DNA of 64,000 bases from Orbicella franksi (taxonomy: Eukaryota), in assembly GCA_964199315.1 (NCBI GenBank), contig OZ116702.1:8928001-8992000 (forward strand). Reading direction: 5' to 3'. Below the pieces are notes generated by a model. The model ran no database searches. It was not told the DNA's origin and saw only the letters and a program-made list of their open reading frames with translations. Positions 35,100 to 47,000 of the stretch are shown here, in pieces (within the stretch, counting starts at the first letter, position 1; every line of letters begins with the position of its first letter). Both the position numbers and the translations under genes were made by a program.

Positions 35100-38000
35100 C
35101 TACAGGAGAACAAATTAATGCAACGTATTCCACAGAGGCACTGGTTACTATTCTCGAAGAGTCTAGCTGTACTTAAATATCTTACAAACATTGCCATGTA
35201 TGAGCAGTTGAAGAAAAAACACTTTCCGTCATTCTTTCTCTTTTTTTCTGCCAAATTACTGCCCGGCTAATAATGCTTATAAGAATTGCGTCGCAGGTTT
35301 GGTTCGCTTTTTTGCGGTCTTTTTTTCTATCCAACTTCTTGCCCCTCAGTTATATATTTTGTTTGTACATGAAAGGAAAAACGATTGATCAACTGGCAAG
35401 CACAGTATAGGTATGTAATCCCAAAGTTAACTTTTCATAGCCTTATAAATATTACTGCGAGACATTTACAAAAGTCAATAATTATCTTTACCTGATGGCA
35501 TTTAAAGCATGCCCACTCATAAGAAGGCCTGCTGGAATCAATTTCATTTGCACCGGCTGCAAGGTCAGCTTCCGCCTGTCTGAACCAACGCTTAGCCTCT
35601 TCAGGCTGAGGATTTCTAATGCAGAACCTTGGAGGCATGTGACATGATGACGATTCCCAGGACCTGTCCGAATTGGCGAGTCTTTCTCTGTACTCCTCAC
35701 GCCGTGTGCCATGTTCTATTGCACGTGTTACCCAAGCATCAATATAGTCGTCGTAAGAGCCACCCAGTTGCGAGATTGCATTCTTGATGTGCTCAAACGC
35801 CTCTGAGCAGAATTCTTCATCTCCCAAGTTCTTCTCTGGATGCCAACGTAGAATTAGCCGCTTCACGATTTGTCGCTTTTGTTCTTCTGGTAGTCTCCAT
35901 GCATCCTTCAGTTGCCCTGAAATCTCTTGAAAAATCACCTCTCTGTTTCTGTTTCTGGGGCGTTCTTTTTCCCGTTCAGATATATCTTGTATACGGTGGA
36001 ATTTGTGCAAGACGGCAGCATTGACCTCAATTGGTTCTCTGTCGAATCCAATGTTGATTTGGTACATCTTTGTCAAGAGAATGGCATCTTCATCGATCAC
36101 TTCGACCTCCTTGATAATGATAGCGTAGATGTACGTGGCGACTCCTTCCCCAAGTTGAAGACTCGGGTCATGTAGCTGATAACCTACATATTCCCCAGGT
36201 TCAAATTCCAAAAAGGCGTCATTCAGCAGATGATGCTCCTCGATTGGAATGAAGCCACCTGGCTCTGCATAAATGCCTATTTCTGATCCATCATAAGTGT
36301 CATCTCGTCGAATGCGCCTACTGTTCAGTAGAAGCCATATGTCACCAAGCGGACAACGCAGCATCTCAGGAATTAGTACCATTTTCTTTCCCAGACGCTC
36401 ACCATAAATCTCTTCAATTACCTGGGACGTAGCCGAAATAGCGTCGCTCATTCCTGTTACAGAATTCAAATACACCTTCAACTTTTCCTTGCCAGACGCC
36501 ACAACTTTCTCTTGAAGATATGGTACATAATCCTCACTTCCGGGAATGAGTTGACCGTTGTGAAAGAGTGAGGTTTTAAGGCTTTCTACTGCGCAAAGCT
36601 CTATGTTTCGAAGACCATTTTCAATATCAGCGGCTATTCCTTCATCAAATTGCTTCTTCTGCGAGTCAACGTGTCGAATAATTCTGACAATGCCCCGAAC
36701 AAATTGAGCAGACAAAAGCCGCGTCATCAATGCATTGACAGCTCCACTTGTCACTATTACACCGTCGGTGAGTTTTTCTTTTACCACAGAGGACAGCGTC
36801 ACTGGTTGTAAAGGTACAGGCAATTTCATCATTAGCTCTTCGTAGTTTGTCATGGCAGATGTTGGTCTGACATCCAGCAGGCTGAGCTCAAGCACAAAAC
36901 GTATGTTGAGCCTCGCGATCCTTGGTCCGTAGGCAGGTACATCATTGAAAACCAGCTCAGTGGACTTGTGCAAAGTCACAGGGATTTGTTTCAGAGGTTT
37001 ATCAGAGGAGCCGGTTTCTGGAAACTTTGCTGGTAGGTACAGATATTCAGGAAACGTCGCTGGTAAGTACAGATTACATATTGCTGACGCTTCATCGGGA
37101 TGGTCTTGAAGCCTTGCCAAGAAACCTTTCACCGCCTTGGAACACATTCTTAATTCATTTTGGTGCAAGTTGTCATTCCGGCTACTTTCCCGCAACATCT
37201 CCAAAACCATAGCATAATGGGTAGCTCCAACAGCCTTGGAACAGCCCAGGTACCCAAACAATCGCTGAAACTTGCCAAAGTCGGGGGGAATTTTGTATAG
37301 ATATGGCTTAATCTCAAGACTTTCGTACAACTCAAGGACTGCCTAACTGGGCAAAATGAACCTCCTTCCTTCTTCAACTAAAATGCAAGGAGTAGTTTCC
37401 AGAACCCTTTTGGCTTCATTTCCTGTGGTCGCGTTGTCTTGCAGAAAGGCGTAAATACTTTCCATGACCGCCTTAACCGCGGAGCATTGCTCACGTGAAG
37501 CAGTTTCCATCTTGCTTTTACGTTCAAAATGGATGCAAATGTTTTCGCAATGAGTAACTACAAGATTTACCGATGGCTTCTTCACAATTTGGAGCTGGGC
37601 GAGAAAAGAATTGCAGTACTGCTCGATGTTGACACCACGAGGACGATCAAAGTCGTATTGACGAGACCTTGGATCTGCCCACCCTGGAAGCAAGTGAGCT
37701 TTCGTCCATACAATGTCTTCGTAATCCTTGAAAACTGCCCCTTTGAATGCAATGAAGGGAACTTCGCCATCCATTGTTGCTCCTAAGGCTGGACAGACTG
37801 TTAACAATGGTTCTGTAACAGGGTCTGCAGCAACGAAGGGAATTTCACAGACCATTTGTAAAAGACCTTCATCCACTACATTTGGTCGAGAGATTAGGTG
37901 ATCCACCAGGGCCCAAGACTTCTTGTATGTACTCTCATTTCGCTTTGTGGCACCTTCCTCTGCAACTTCTTCAGCGAATCTCTGAAAATCATCTTTAGAA

Positions 38001-41000
38001 ACATCCCGCACCAGGCCTATCATTTCCAAAAAGGGCAACCATTCTTCTGAAGCGAAAGGGTCTGGTGGAAACTCGTCCTCTGTTAGCATGGACTTGAAAA
38101 CAGGATTTCGGGGATCACAGAAACTCGACGCAGTCATCAACGTGCCGTCCTTGTTCGGAATAAACTTGACTGTTTTCAAATAATCTAACAGCTTTTGCTT
38201 CCCGATTTCTCTTTCATTTTTCTGCTTTGCACTTCCTGAATAATTAAATTGGCAAATATATCTAATATGAGCCAACGTTCCTTCCTTGTTGAAATACGGA
38301 AAACATTTGAAAACAAACTCGAGATACGCTTCAACCAGAGAGACACTTTCAACATCCAAGAATTCATAAAGATCTGACAGGCTTGAGTTGGATTTCAAAA
38401 ACAAACAGTCAAGTACTGATTCCACAACATCCATCTCTTCTTCGGGTAATTCATCAGGTATAATACAGGATTTTCTATCCTCGAGTTTTGCAAGACCACC
38501 TCTTGCTTTGGGGTAAAATGGCAGCTTCCTTAAGATTTCTTTGTCAACATCTGTGAGACTTTGCACGTTCCGGTTAAAGTACTCTAGAACAACTGTTGCA
38601 TCTGAGGGCGATAATTTCCCCTCAAGGGAAAGAGGATCCGTTTCTAGAGCCTGTTTGAGTGCTGTAAGAAGGGACTTTGGCGTCTTGAGAGAGGCTACGA
38701 GATTACGTACGAAATGGTACAAATCTGATTTGGTATAAGATGCAGTAAGCAAGTACATTGTTGTAATTACTACTGAATTAACCTTTGGCAAGCCCAGAGA
38801 TCTTACAATAGTAGCCAGATTCCGATCTGAAATACCACAGTCATAAAAGTCAAGAACAGTTTCAGCCATACAAAGCGGCACCAAGAAATGATCTGTCAAT
38901 GTTTGTTTGTTGACAACAGTCTTTGAAGAACACGATGTGGAGGATCTTTCTACGTTGATCGTTTTAGTTGCGGGGATAAGGCACCATTTAGATAGTGGCG
39001 AAAGCAGCGTGCGAATGAATTCTTCTTTGCAGTCCTCAGTTATCTCTGCATTCGTCATTGCATCCTTGGCAAACTCTTGCAAGAAGCTCCAAACCCTATA
39101 GATCCACTGGTGATTAGGCAAGGTGGCAGATGGGTCATCTGGGCACCATTTCACATAGTGATCTTCGCTAATGTAGCTGTACGGTAGGGTTTCGTGTAAC
39201 AACGAGGCGAACATTTGTACATCCAAAGGTCGAAAAACGGGGGATTTTACGCATTCAGGGCTGCTAAAAATGTCGCTACGGACTTCTCTGTGAACAAAAA
39301 CGGACGGGGAACATGGAAAAATATCTTGGTAGCGACTCAGACATCGGGGATTACTCTCGCTAAAGGCATTCAAGTTGTTGTCCTCAGTAAGAAGCAGTGG
39401 AAGTCCAGAGAGATTCTTCAAAAACTGGTCGTCGTCTTTGCAGTACTTGAGGAGACGGATCACTCCTTGTTCGTTTTTGAATGGTGTCCTGTTCACAGGG
39501 CATGGAATCTTTCCAACATTGCAAAGCGGATCAGGATCACTAAACGATTTGTAGAAATCCATAACTGCAGTGGGTGAAACACAAACCACTTCCACTTCTG
39601 CCTCCTTGAGTGACTCGAAAGTGGTCATTGAAAATGCGACAAGTTTTAAACCAGTCTCGAGTAAGATTTCTTCAAATCTGGACTTCCGCTTGATTCTTCC
39701 TTCTTCTCTTCTTTTTCTTTCCTCTTTCTCTTCTTTGCTTTCAAGGCCACATTTTGGGGGTTTGAAAGCAAAACAGCCTTTTATTTCGAGATTGTTGAAG
39801 TAGATTTTATCTTTACCGGTACCTGACAGTGCAAGCCACTCTACCTGAACTCTCTCAGAACCGTAGGATTCCTCACGCCGGCAGCTAGAATTCCCTTCTG
39901 CTTTCCTCACTAACGGGATCAAGTGCATCTTCTTTCTGCTCATCACTTGGTAGACTGCCTCAACCAATGTCTTCCAATACGTATCTTCTATGGGTAACTT
40001 TGGAAAGAGCTCCTCATATGTACTTAACTTTCGTAAAGTCGTACTTCTGCAATTACTGCGAGAGTCGGTACGAGATTCAGCACGATCCTGTACGATTGGC
40101 AATTGAAGGAAAACGCGAACTCCGTCTAGAAGGGTCAGATAGCATGACGCAATGACGTCGCGCAACAAGGCATTGTTCCAATCAGTCCTGTAGTCGCCGG
40201 TTACATCTCTCCACAAATTTCTCCTTGCCTCGTGGTCCAATGCAAAGTGCCCATTGATGTGAACTGGCAAATCAGTTTCAAGTGGAAGTGGAAGAAAGCA
40301 GTACGCTCTCTTTTTCATTTCTAGCTGCTCCTTCGAGTTTGTACTCTCCAGAAGGCACGCAACGCCACCGCGAGGAAGCATCCCCAACTTTTGTTTCCTA
40401 AAAGCATCGACAATACTCTTGTCCACCGCTTCCTCAAAGCCAACCTGTTGGGCAATCAACCATGTTTCCTCTCTGCCGGATGAATCTCTTAACTTCATAG
40501 TATACATACACTTTTGGACATCTACGCTTGTGTGTAGGGAATTGTTGCTCTCTTTCACACGATTCCCGATCTCTTTGATACAATCAGCGAATGCTTTCCT
40601 CTTCCTGTCATCGTCTTCGGACAGGAGCACTTCAACAGAGTATCTGTCCGTCAACTTCCCTGATGATTCATCTATTCCACAAAGACTAATCTTCTTCACA
40701 TTGTTAACAAAAAGGAGAATGTCGAAAAGCTCCTTCTTCAGGTCTTCCATCATCTCGTCTAATGTCTTCACTGTTACCGCAGCTGACGATATTTTAGACA
40801 TTTGTGCCATTTCCTCCGTTCTTAGGGGAAGCCTGAACATTGTTGAATTCTGGATGGAAAAAAGATCCTCGAGATAACAAGGGAAGACATCTGGGAACTT
40901 TCGTTGCATCTTCTCGATGTCTTTATACATTCTGCCAGGTTCTTTATCGGTTGCCTTCGGGACATACTTGCAATGTGGGTCGAATACACACAACACATCT

Positions 41001-44000
41001 CCAATTTCTTTACCCCTTGACATGAATGAGGGCACATCAGTCAAGTGGTAGACAGCATTGAATCCGACACCATATTGGCCAGTCTTGTTTGGGTCATTGC
41101 TCTTACTACCTTCGCCAAGGGTCTGTATTCCTTTGATATCTGCATTAGTGAAAGGTTTGTTGTTGTACACACACAATGCAGGACCTTGCAATGGTTTCCA
41201 GCTTTCTTTCAACACTTTTTCATCAGGATGGTATCTTGGGTCCTTTATGAAACAAATTTCCGTTGCTTGCGCATCATCTGCATTTTGAAGAAGTTCTTTC
41301 AAGATGTCTTTCTCACATGGGTAACCTGTTAGAATCCGCTTCAGACGAGTTGTGAGTTTCTCTCGTTGTCCACAAGGAAGCCCAAAGTCATGCTGTTGTA
41401 GGGCTTCGTCTCTTCGTGTTTTAACACCCAAGAGAGAACATGTTGGCCACGGAATTTTGTCACTGACAAATTGAATACTTTCGTCGTCTTCATCGGATAT
41501 CCAAGGGCAGTCCTTCATACAAAGTTCAGATACTGGTTGCATTACTCTCCTAGAGGAAGGAAGGTAAATAGATCCCCATTTGTCAGGTATTTCCGAACAA
41601 TCGCCAGTTGACCATTCGAGTGTCTCCCCTAGCTGAACCGCCATGTGGACTGTCACTTCAAGAGTTTCTTCATCAAGTTGCCTGCCATAGAAATGTCGCT
41701 CTACCCGTTGAAGACTGGAGATGAAATCGTTCTCCTCAAACTTCTCCTTCACGCCAGCAAGTTTCATGATATCGGAACAGGAATCTGCAAGATGTTCTGG
41801 AAGCTTATAAAGGTACGGAGAGCAGTCTGCGTTAATTTCCAGAGCCACCTGGTCTGCGGAGAGAAATGTCTTCCCTACAAGAATGATCTTCTTGCCAACT
41901 AAAAGTTGCATGATCTCCGCGCTGTGACTGCTCATCATTTCCTGCAGAAAGATATACGCCTCAGTGCAAACACGGTTGATTTCGTCATAACCTTTGCGAT
42001 CCAGTGAATCGATGTCAGTACATATTGCTTCTTCAAGCTGGCTCATCACATGCTGGATACTGACATCTTTGTTTCTCAACTTCAACAATTCTGTCACCTT
42101 TTTGGGGATTTCCAGGTCAACAAGCGGCTCCGTACAACACACAAGATACTTCTTTTCCTTCAGGAATGCATCTTTTGGTGCGACCAGAAACTTTCTTCTA
42201 CTTTGAAATTCGTCTCCCTGCCAGGGAAGGGGAAAGTGCTCTGGTTTTCGAAGAACTGGGAGGAATTTAGCCTCTACAAAGCGTGTCATAATGGGTTCTG
42301 TAGGACCTTCACCCTTGCCTTTCATTTTCTTTTGCATAAATGACAGCAACACCTTTACACGCTTGACTGCTGCTTTACTGTCAACTGCATTTATCCTGTC
42401 GATACTCTCTGCTCTCTCTGCAATCCCCTTCCAAGAAAGAACATCTGAAACCATTCCAAGCTGCTCAAGTTTTGTCAGTCGTTGAAGGTTGAGAAAGGTT
42501 TCATCAGTTCCACAAGGAAATTTGCCATCCTCAGGGCAGAATAGAGAGGATACCTCTCTGTTTGGGTTTACAAGCTGGCTAGGACACTTAAGATTTTTGC
42601 CATAGGGTGATGCTGGAATACAGGCATGCGTCTTTATCAGTTCATCTACACCTGAAATGTTGTTATCCAAAACATGTAGCACCAACACATCTCTCAGGTC
42701 TGAACGAACTTTCAAAATGTTTGGAAAGAAAACTTCATGGAAAAATCGTCTCTTGTCGTACGTTCTAGTCTGAATTATTTCCCACAGACCACATTCGTGA
42801 AAAGATTGGAACACGTCTGCTGGCAAATCGATTACCATTTCGTTTTCTTTAGCCAACGTCTGAAGCACGGTAAATGAAGTGTCACCTATTTGAGGCTCCA
42901 AGCGAAACTCTGGATCGAGAAACACTACGTGACGTATGTCAACCCATGTACGTCCATCTGCGGAGAATAGGGCATGATCTCCAACGGCAAGTTGTTCATA
43001 GAAGGACAGCAGGATAGGCCAACAGTCTCCATGTACTTCATCAGCCTTTGGCCATAATGAATGGAACTTATAAGAGCCGTCATCGGGAGTAATTGACCTG
43101 ATGTCATCAAGAAGAGCAAAATAGGCAGACAAAATGGAGTCTTGCATAAGTACTTTGTTCCAGTCGAAACCATGGCATCTCTTGTCGTCTTCAACTTTCG
43201 ACTGTAAGTGACGTCTGTTAGCAGCTACTGCGAAAGCTCCATTAATGTGTAATGGTAGGCCACTATGGATTGGAAGCGGAAGATAGCAGAAGATGACACC
43301 GTTAAGCGTTGGTTCATCCCCATCAACTTTAGCAGGCAATGGCAAGAATGTATCATTTCCAGTTGGTACCAAACGAACAGCTGCTCCACCTGATGGAAGG
43401 AGACTTTCGTCGGTTTCCACAAACTGCATTGCTGGACCATGGCCCATTGCAGAAACCACAAGCCACGTGAAACGCTCATGACCAAGACACCCGTGAGCGT
43501 TAAAGAACTTCAAGCCCAGTGTAGTAAAACGACAATCGATATCAACTACTATGGAACATTCAGGGAATTTACTTGGATGGACAGTGTGGTATCTTGCCTC
43601 CCTCGCGACCTTCGATGACGCTTGAAGAAAGCAACACTGCCTCAGGAAACGCTGCTCTCCAGCATCCAGTTTCTCTGCAGTAACTGGTAATGTCACCGGG
43701 AAACGCAATTCTCGAAGAATTCCTTCCTGGGACATTGATTTGGAGACCTGAAACATTAAAGCAGGCAGAGACTCTTGACCTGTTTTTCTTGGCAAACTGT
43801 AGATTTCCACCCGCAGAACATTTTGAGTAAAAAGAAGCAAAGACTTCGACCTATGAATGAGCATTTGTAGCAACTCTCGCATTTCGTGGTCGTCGTAATT
43901 CAGCTTCTTTATTTCACTTCCCAGGGCTTGCTCTTGAGTCCTCAACGGAAATCGAAAAAGCGTTCCATTAAATGAGTTGTCTTCCTTGCTCAAATGCAAA

Positions 44001-47000
44001 TCGCAGCCAAAGATGCCGTTAAATGGTTTGAATTGATTTGCAAACTTGCAAAGCCTCTTCACATCTTTGTTGAGATTAATCTTTATCCCTGGCTTCCTTT
44101 TGTTCCCGATCGCCTTCCCGAGGTATGACGTGTGAGGATCAAAAATGACAAAATAGTTCCTACTTAAGATCATGGGCACATCTGTCAAATTGTACACCGC
44201 ATTGAAGCCAAGTCCAAACCTGCCAATCTTTTCGGTATCGTACTCTTTTGTTGCTTCATTGAGTTTTGCAATGTTCTCAAAATCTTCATCTTTGAATTCA
44301 GCGTCGTTATAGACCCACAAAGCAGGACCTTGACAACCTTTCATGCCTTCGTCAATCAAGCAAGTCATGGCATCCTCGTTCATTCTTTCATCATAGAGAA
44401 ATCTGACTTCAGTGGCACCGGCATCGTCTGCGTTTTGCACAAGCTCTTTTAGAACTGAAAATCCATCCGTGTACTCCTCCAGAAGTCGGTTCAGCCGAGT
44501 AGTAAGCCTCTCTTCCTGTCCAAACTCTTCTCCTATGGACAGCTCATCCGCGTCCAGCATTCTATTGGTGAGGCTTCGAACACCAAGGCGTTCGGCTGTA
44601 CTGTTAGGGACATTGAGGTGTACATAAAAATAGTCCATGCCTTCATCGTCACCTTCTCTCTTCAACCAATCGTGGTCGCAGTACATACAGCACTCCACTG
44701 GTTCAAGCCTTACATGTGAGTTGTCCTCAGTGTGTGTTGGTAGAACAATTTGCCCTGTTAGCTCTTCGGTTAACTGCCCACTTGCCAACTCATTCACAAT
44801 GTTGACGGATAACTGAAGATCGTGCTTTACTTCTAAAGCGCTGGACGGCACAATTCCATCATCATACTTCTCTTTAATCATGTGAAGGACCTCTACCAGA
44901 ACAGCTGGATTACTGCTTTCCCTCATGCCAAAACGGTAAAACAGCTCAGCGTACTTAGCCATGTCGCTAGGAAGAAAATGTATGTAGGGTGTAAGATCAA
45001 TGTGTGGCTTGCTGAAAAGCACATGGCTAGGTGAGGAAAAGCCATCTCCATTCCAAACCCAATCAAATTCTTCTAAACAGTCAAATGCAGGATCCACACC
45101 AACGTCCTTTGCTAGCACTCGATTAAGCAAGAAGTAAATTTCGTTTACCACAACCATAAAGAGGTGCTTCTCTTCTTTTGAATACGATCTGATCACATTC
45201 TGCAACTGCTGAATGACCTGGAAGACACCGGGTAGGTATTGCCAGCCAAAATACCTGGAAATTTGATTCGTTGACTGTACTTCTACAAGAGGCATAACCG
45301 TTCCAACGAGGTTTGCAAGATACTGACTCTTCACTTCAGTTGGCTTGAAAAAGTGTTTGCAATTTTCTTCACCCTCTTCAAACCATGCCAGTCCCGGAGG
45401 ATAGTTAGGGGGCCTCTCTTGCAATCTTGAAACCCAGGGAATGTCCTTCAGAAGCGATCCTAGTGGTTGTCCATTGACTGACTCCGACAATGTTTTGGGA
45501 TTGTCTCTGAGGAACTCTAAAACTGCTCTTGACTTCTGCTCTGCAGTTGGAATGTGAGTGAGCCCACTTACTAATTTCGCACTTTGGTACAAATCGTATC
45601 CAGTGATGTTGTCCTCGCTTTTCATTCCAAGATCTTCTAACATGACGAGTACAGAACGTTCGTTGTACGGGACTGTGGGGAAAACATCTTCATTGACAAA
45701 TAATTTCTTCAAGATCAACTTTCTGGGATCAAAGAGGTCTGATGTTCTTGCGCGCCCTCGATGTTTGGAGACAAAGGGCAAGGCCTGTAATTTCTGTTTG
45801 AAAGTGGCATTTCTGCGAATTTCGCGAGTGTGGTTTTCCAGTATATAAGTCATGAGTTTGTCAATCTGCTCTCCAGAGTACTTTCCTCTTTGTATGTCTG
45901 GAAACACTATTTGGCAGAGTAACTCGGTTGGCGTTAGAATCTTGACGTCTAATAAAACTGCTAAAGACTTGGAATCATGCTCGCTAATGTCAATCAGCTC
46001 TCGTACAGGTGAAACCGGAAGAGAATCCGCAACCGCTGCACAAAGACCCTCCGTCTTTGATACGAACTTCTTGGACAGCGTCTGGAAAATGGGAAGCGAA
46101 CACAGAAGATTGTACTCCGCTTGTCCTACATATGAGCGTCTCACAAGGGCAAGAAATGACCTGAGGAGATGCTTGTCGTTAGCAGATAATATCTTGCGTA
46201 CGATTTCTGGAAACTTTCCAGCTGCCATCTGGCCAGAGGAAATCACCATTGCTTTCAAAACGCCTTGTGCGGACGGTGGATGTACAAACGCCCCCAAGAC
46301 AGCGGGATGGTGTCTTATATAGGCTGGAAAATCATTCATAATAATTACACCAAGCTTCCTCAAAACATTTGTTAGTGTGTCGTCGAGGCAATCATCTTTT
46401 AGGCGCTTGACAACAACTCTAGAAGAGAGGCAAAGTCGTGCCAAGGTTACAGGTGTGTGTTCTAGGCTGAGTGGAATGAGAGGTAGTTTTCCAAGGCTCT
46501 GAATATCTTCCACTCTTGTGAAATGTTCTTGAAGATATCTCCAGACAACTTTGATCCAGTCTCTCGGAGGATGATTGTGATTACTGTCATCGGGGAACCA
46601 CGAAACGGTATTACCCTTATTCCACTCATCCGGTAGGGCCTCCCAGAGAAGAGATGGTACATCATCTACGCATAATAGCCGTAATTGTGTAACTTCTGTG
46701 AAAAAAGCATAACAACAAAGAGAGTGACGGACTCCTTCATGAGACACGCGATATTAGGACGTTATATTAGGACGTAAAACCAACGAAAAGGAATTGATGA
46801 AAAGATAATAACCGGCATGCCTCAGTTGTCTTTGTTACAGTTTTGGTACGCTAATTCGTTGTGAGGCCGTTTTTCTTTCCACTGTGCCATGCGACTTATG
46901 AAAGAAATGTCATTAACTACTGTAGATATTGAAATAAAGAATAAAAAATGCTCGGTAAGATAACACCATACTCGAATCCAAATAAGAATCATTTTACCTT

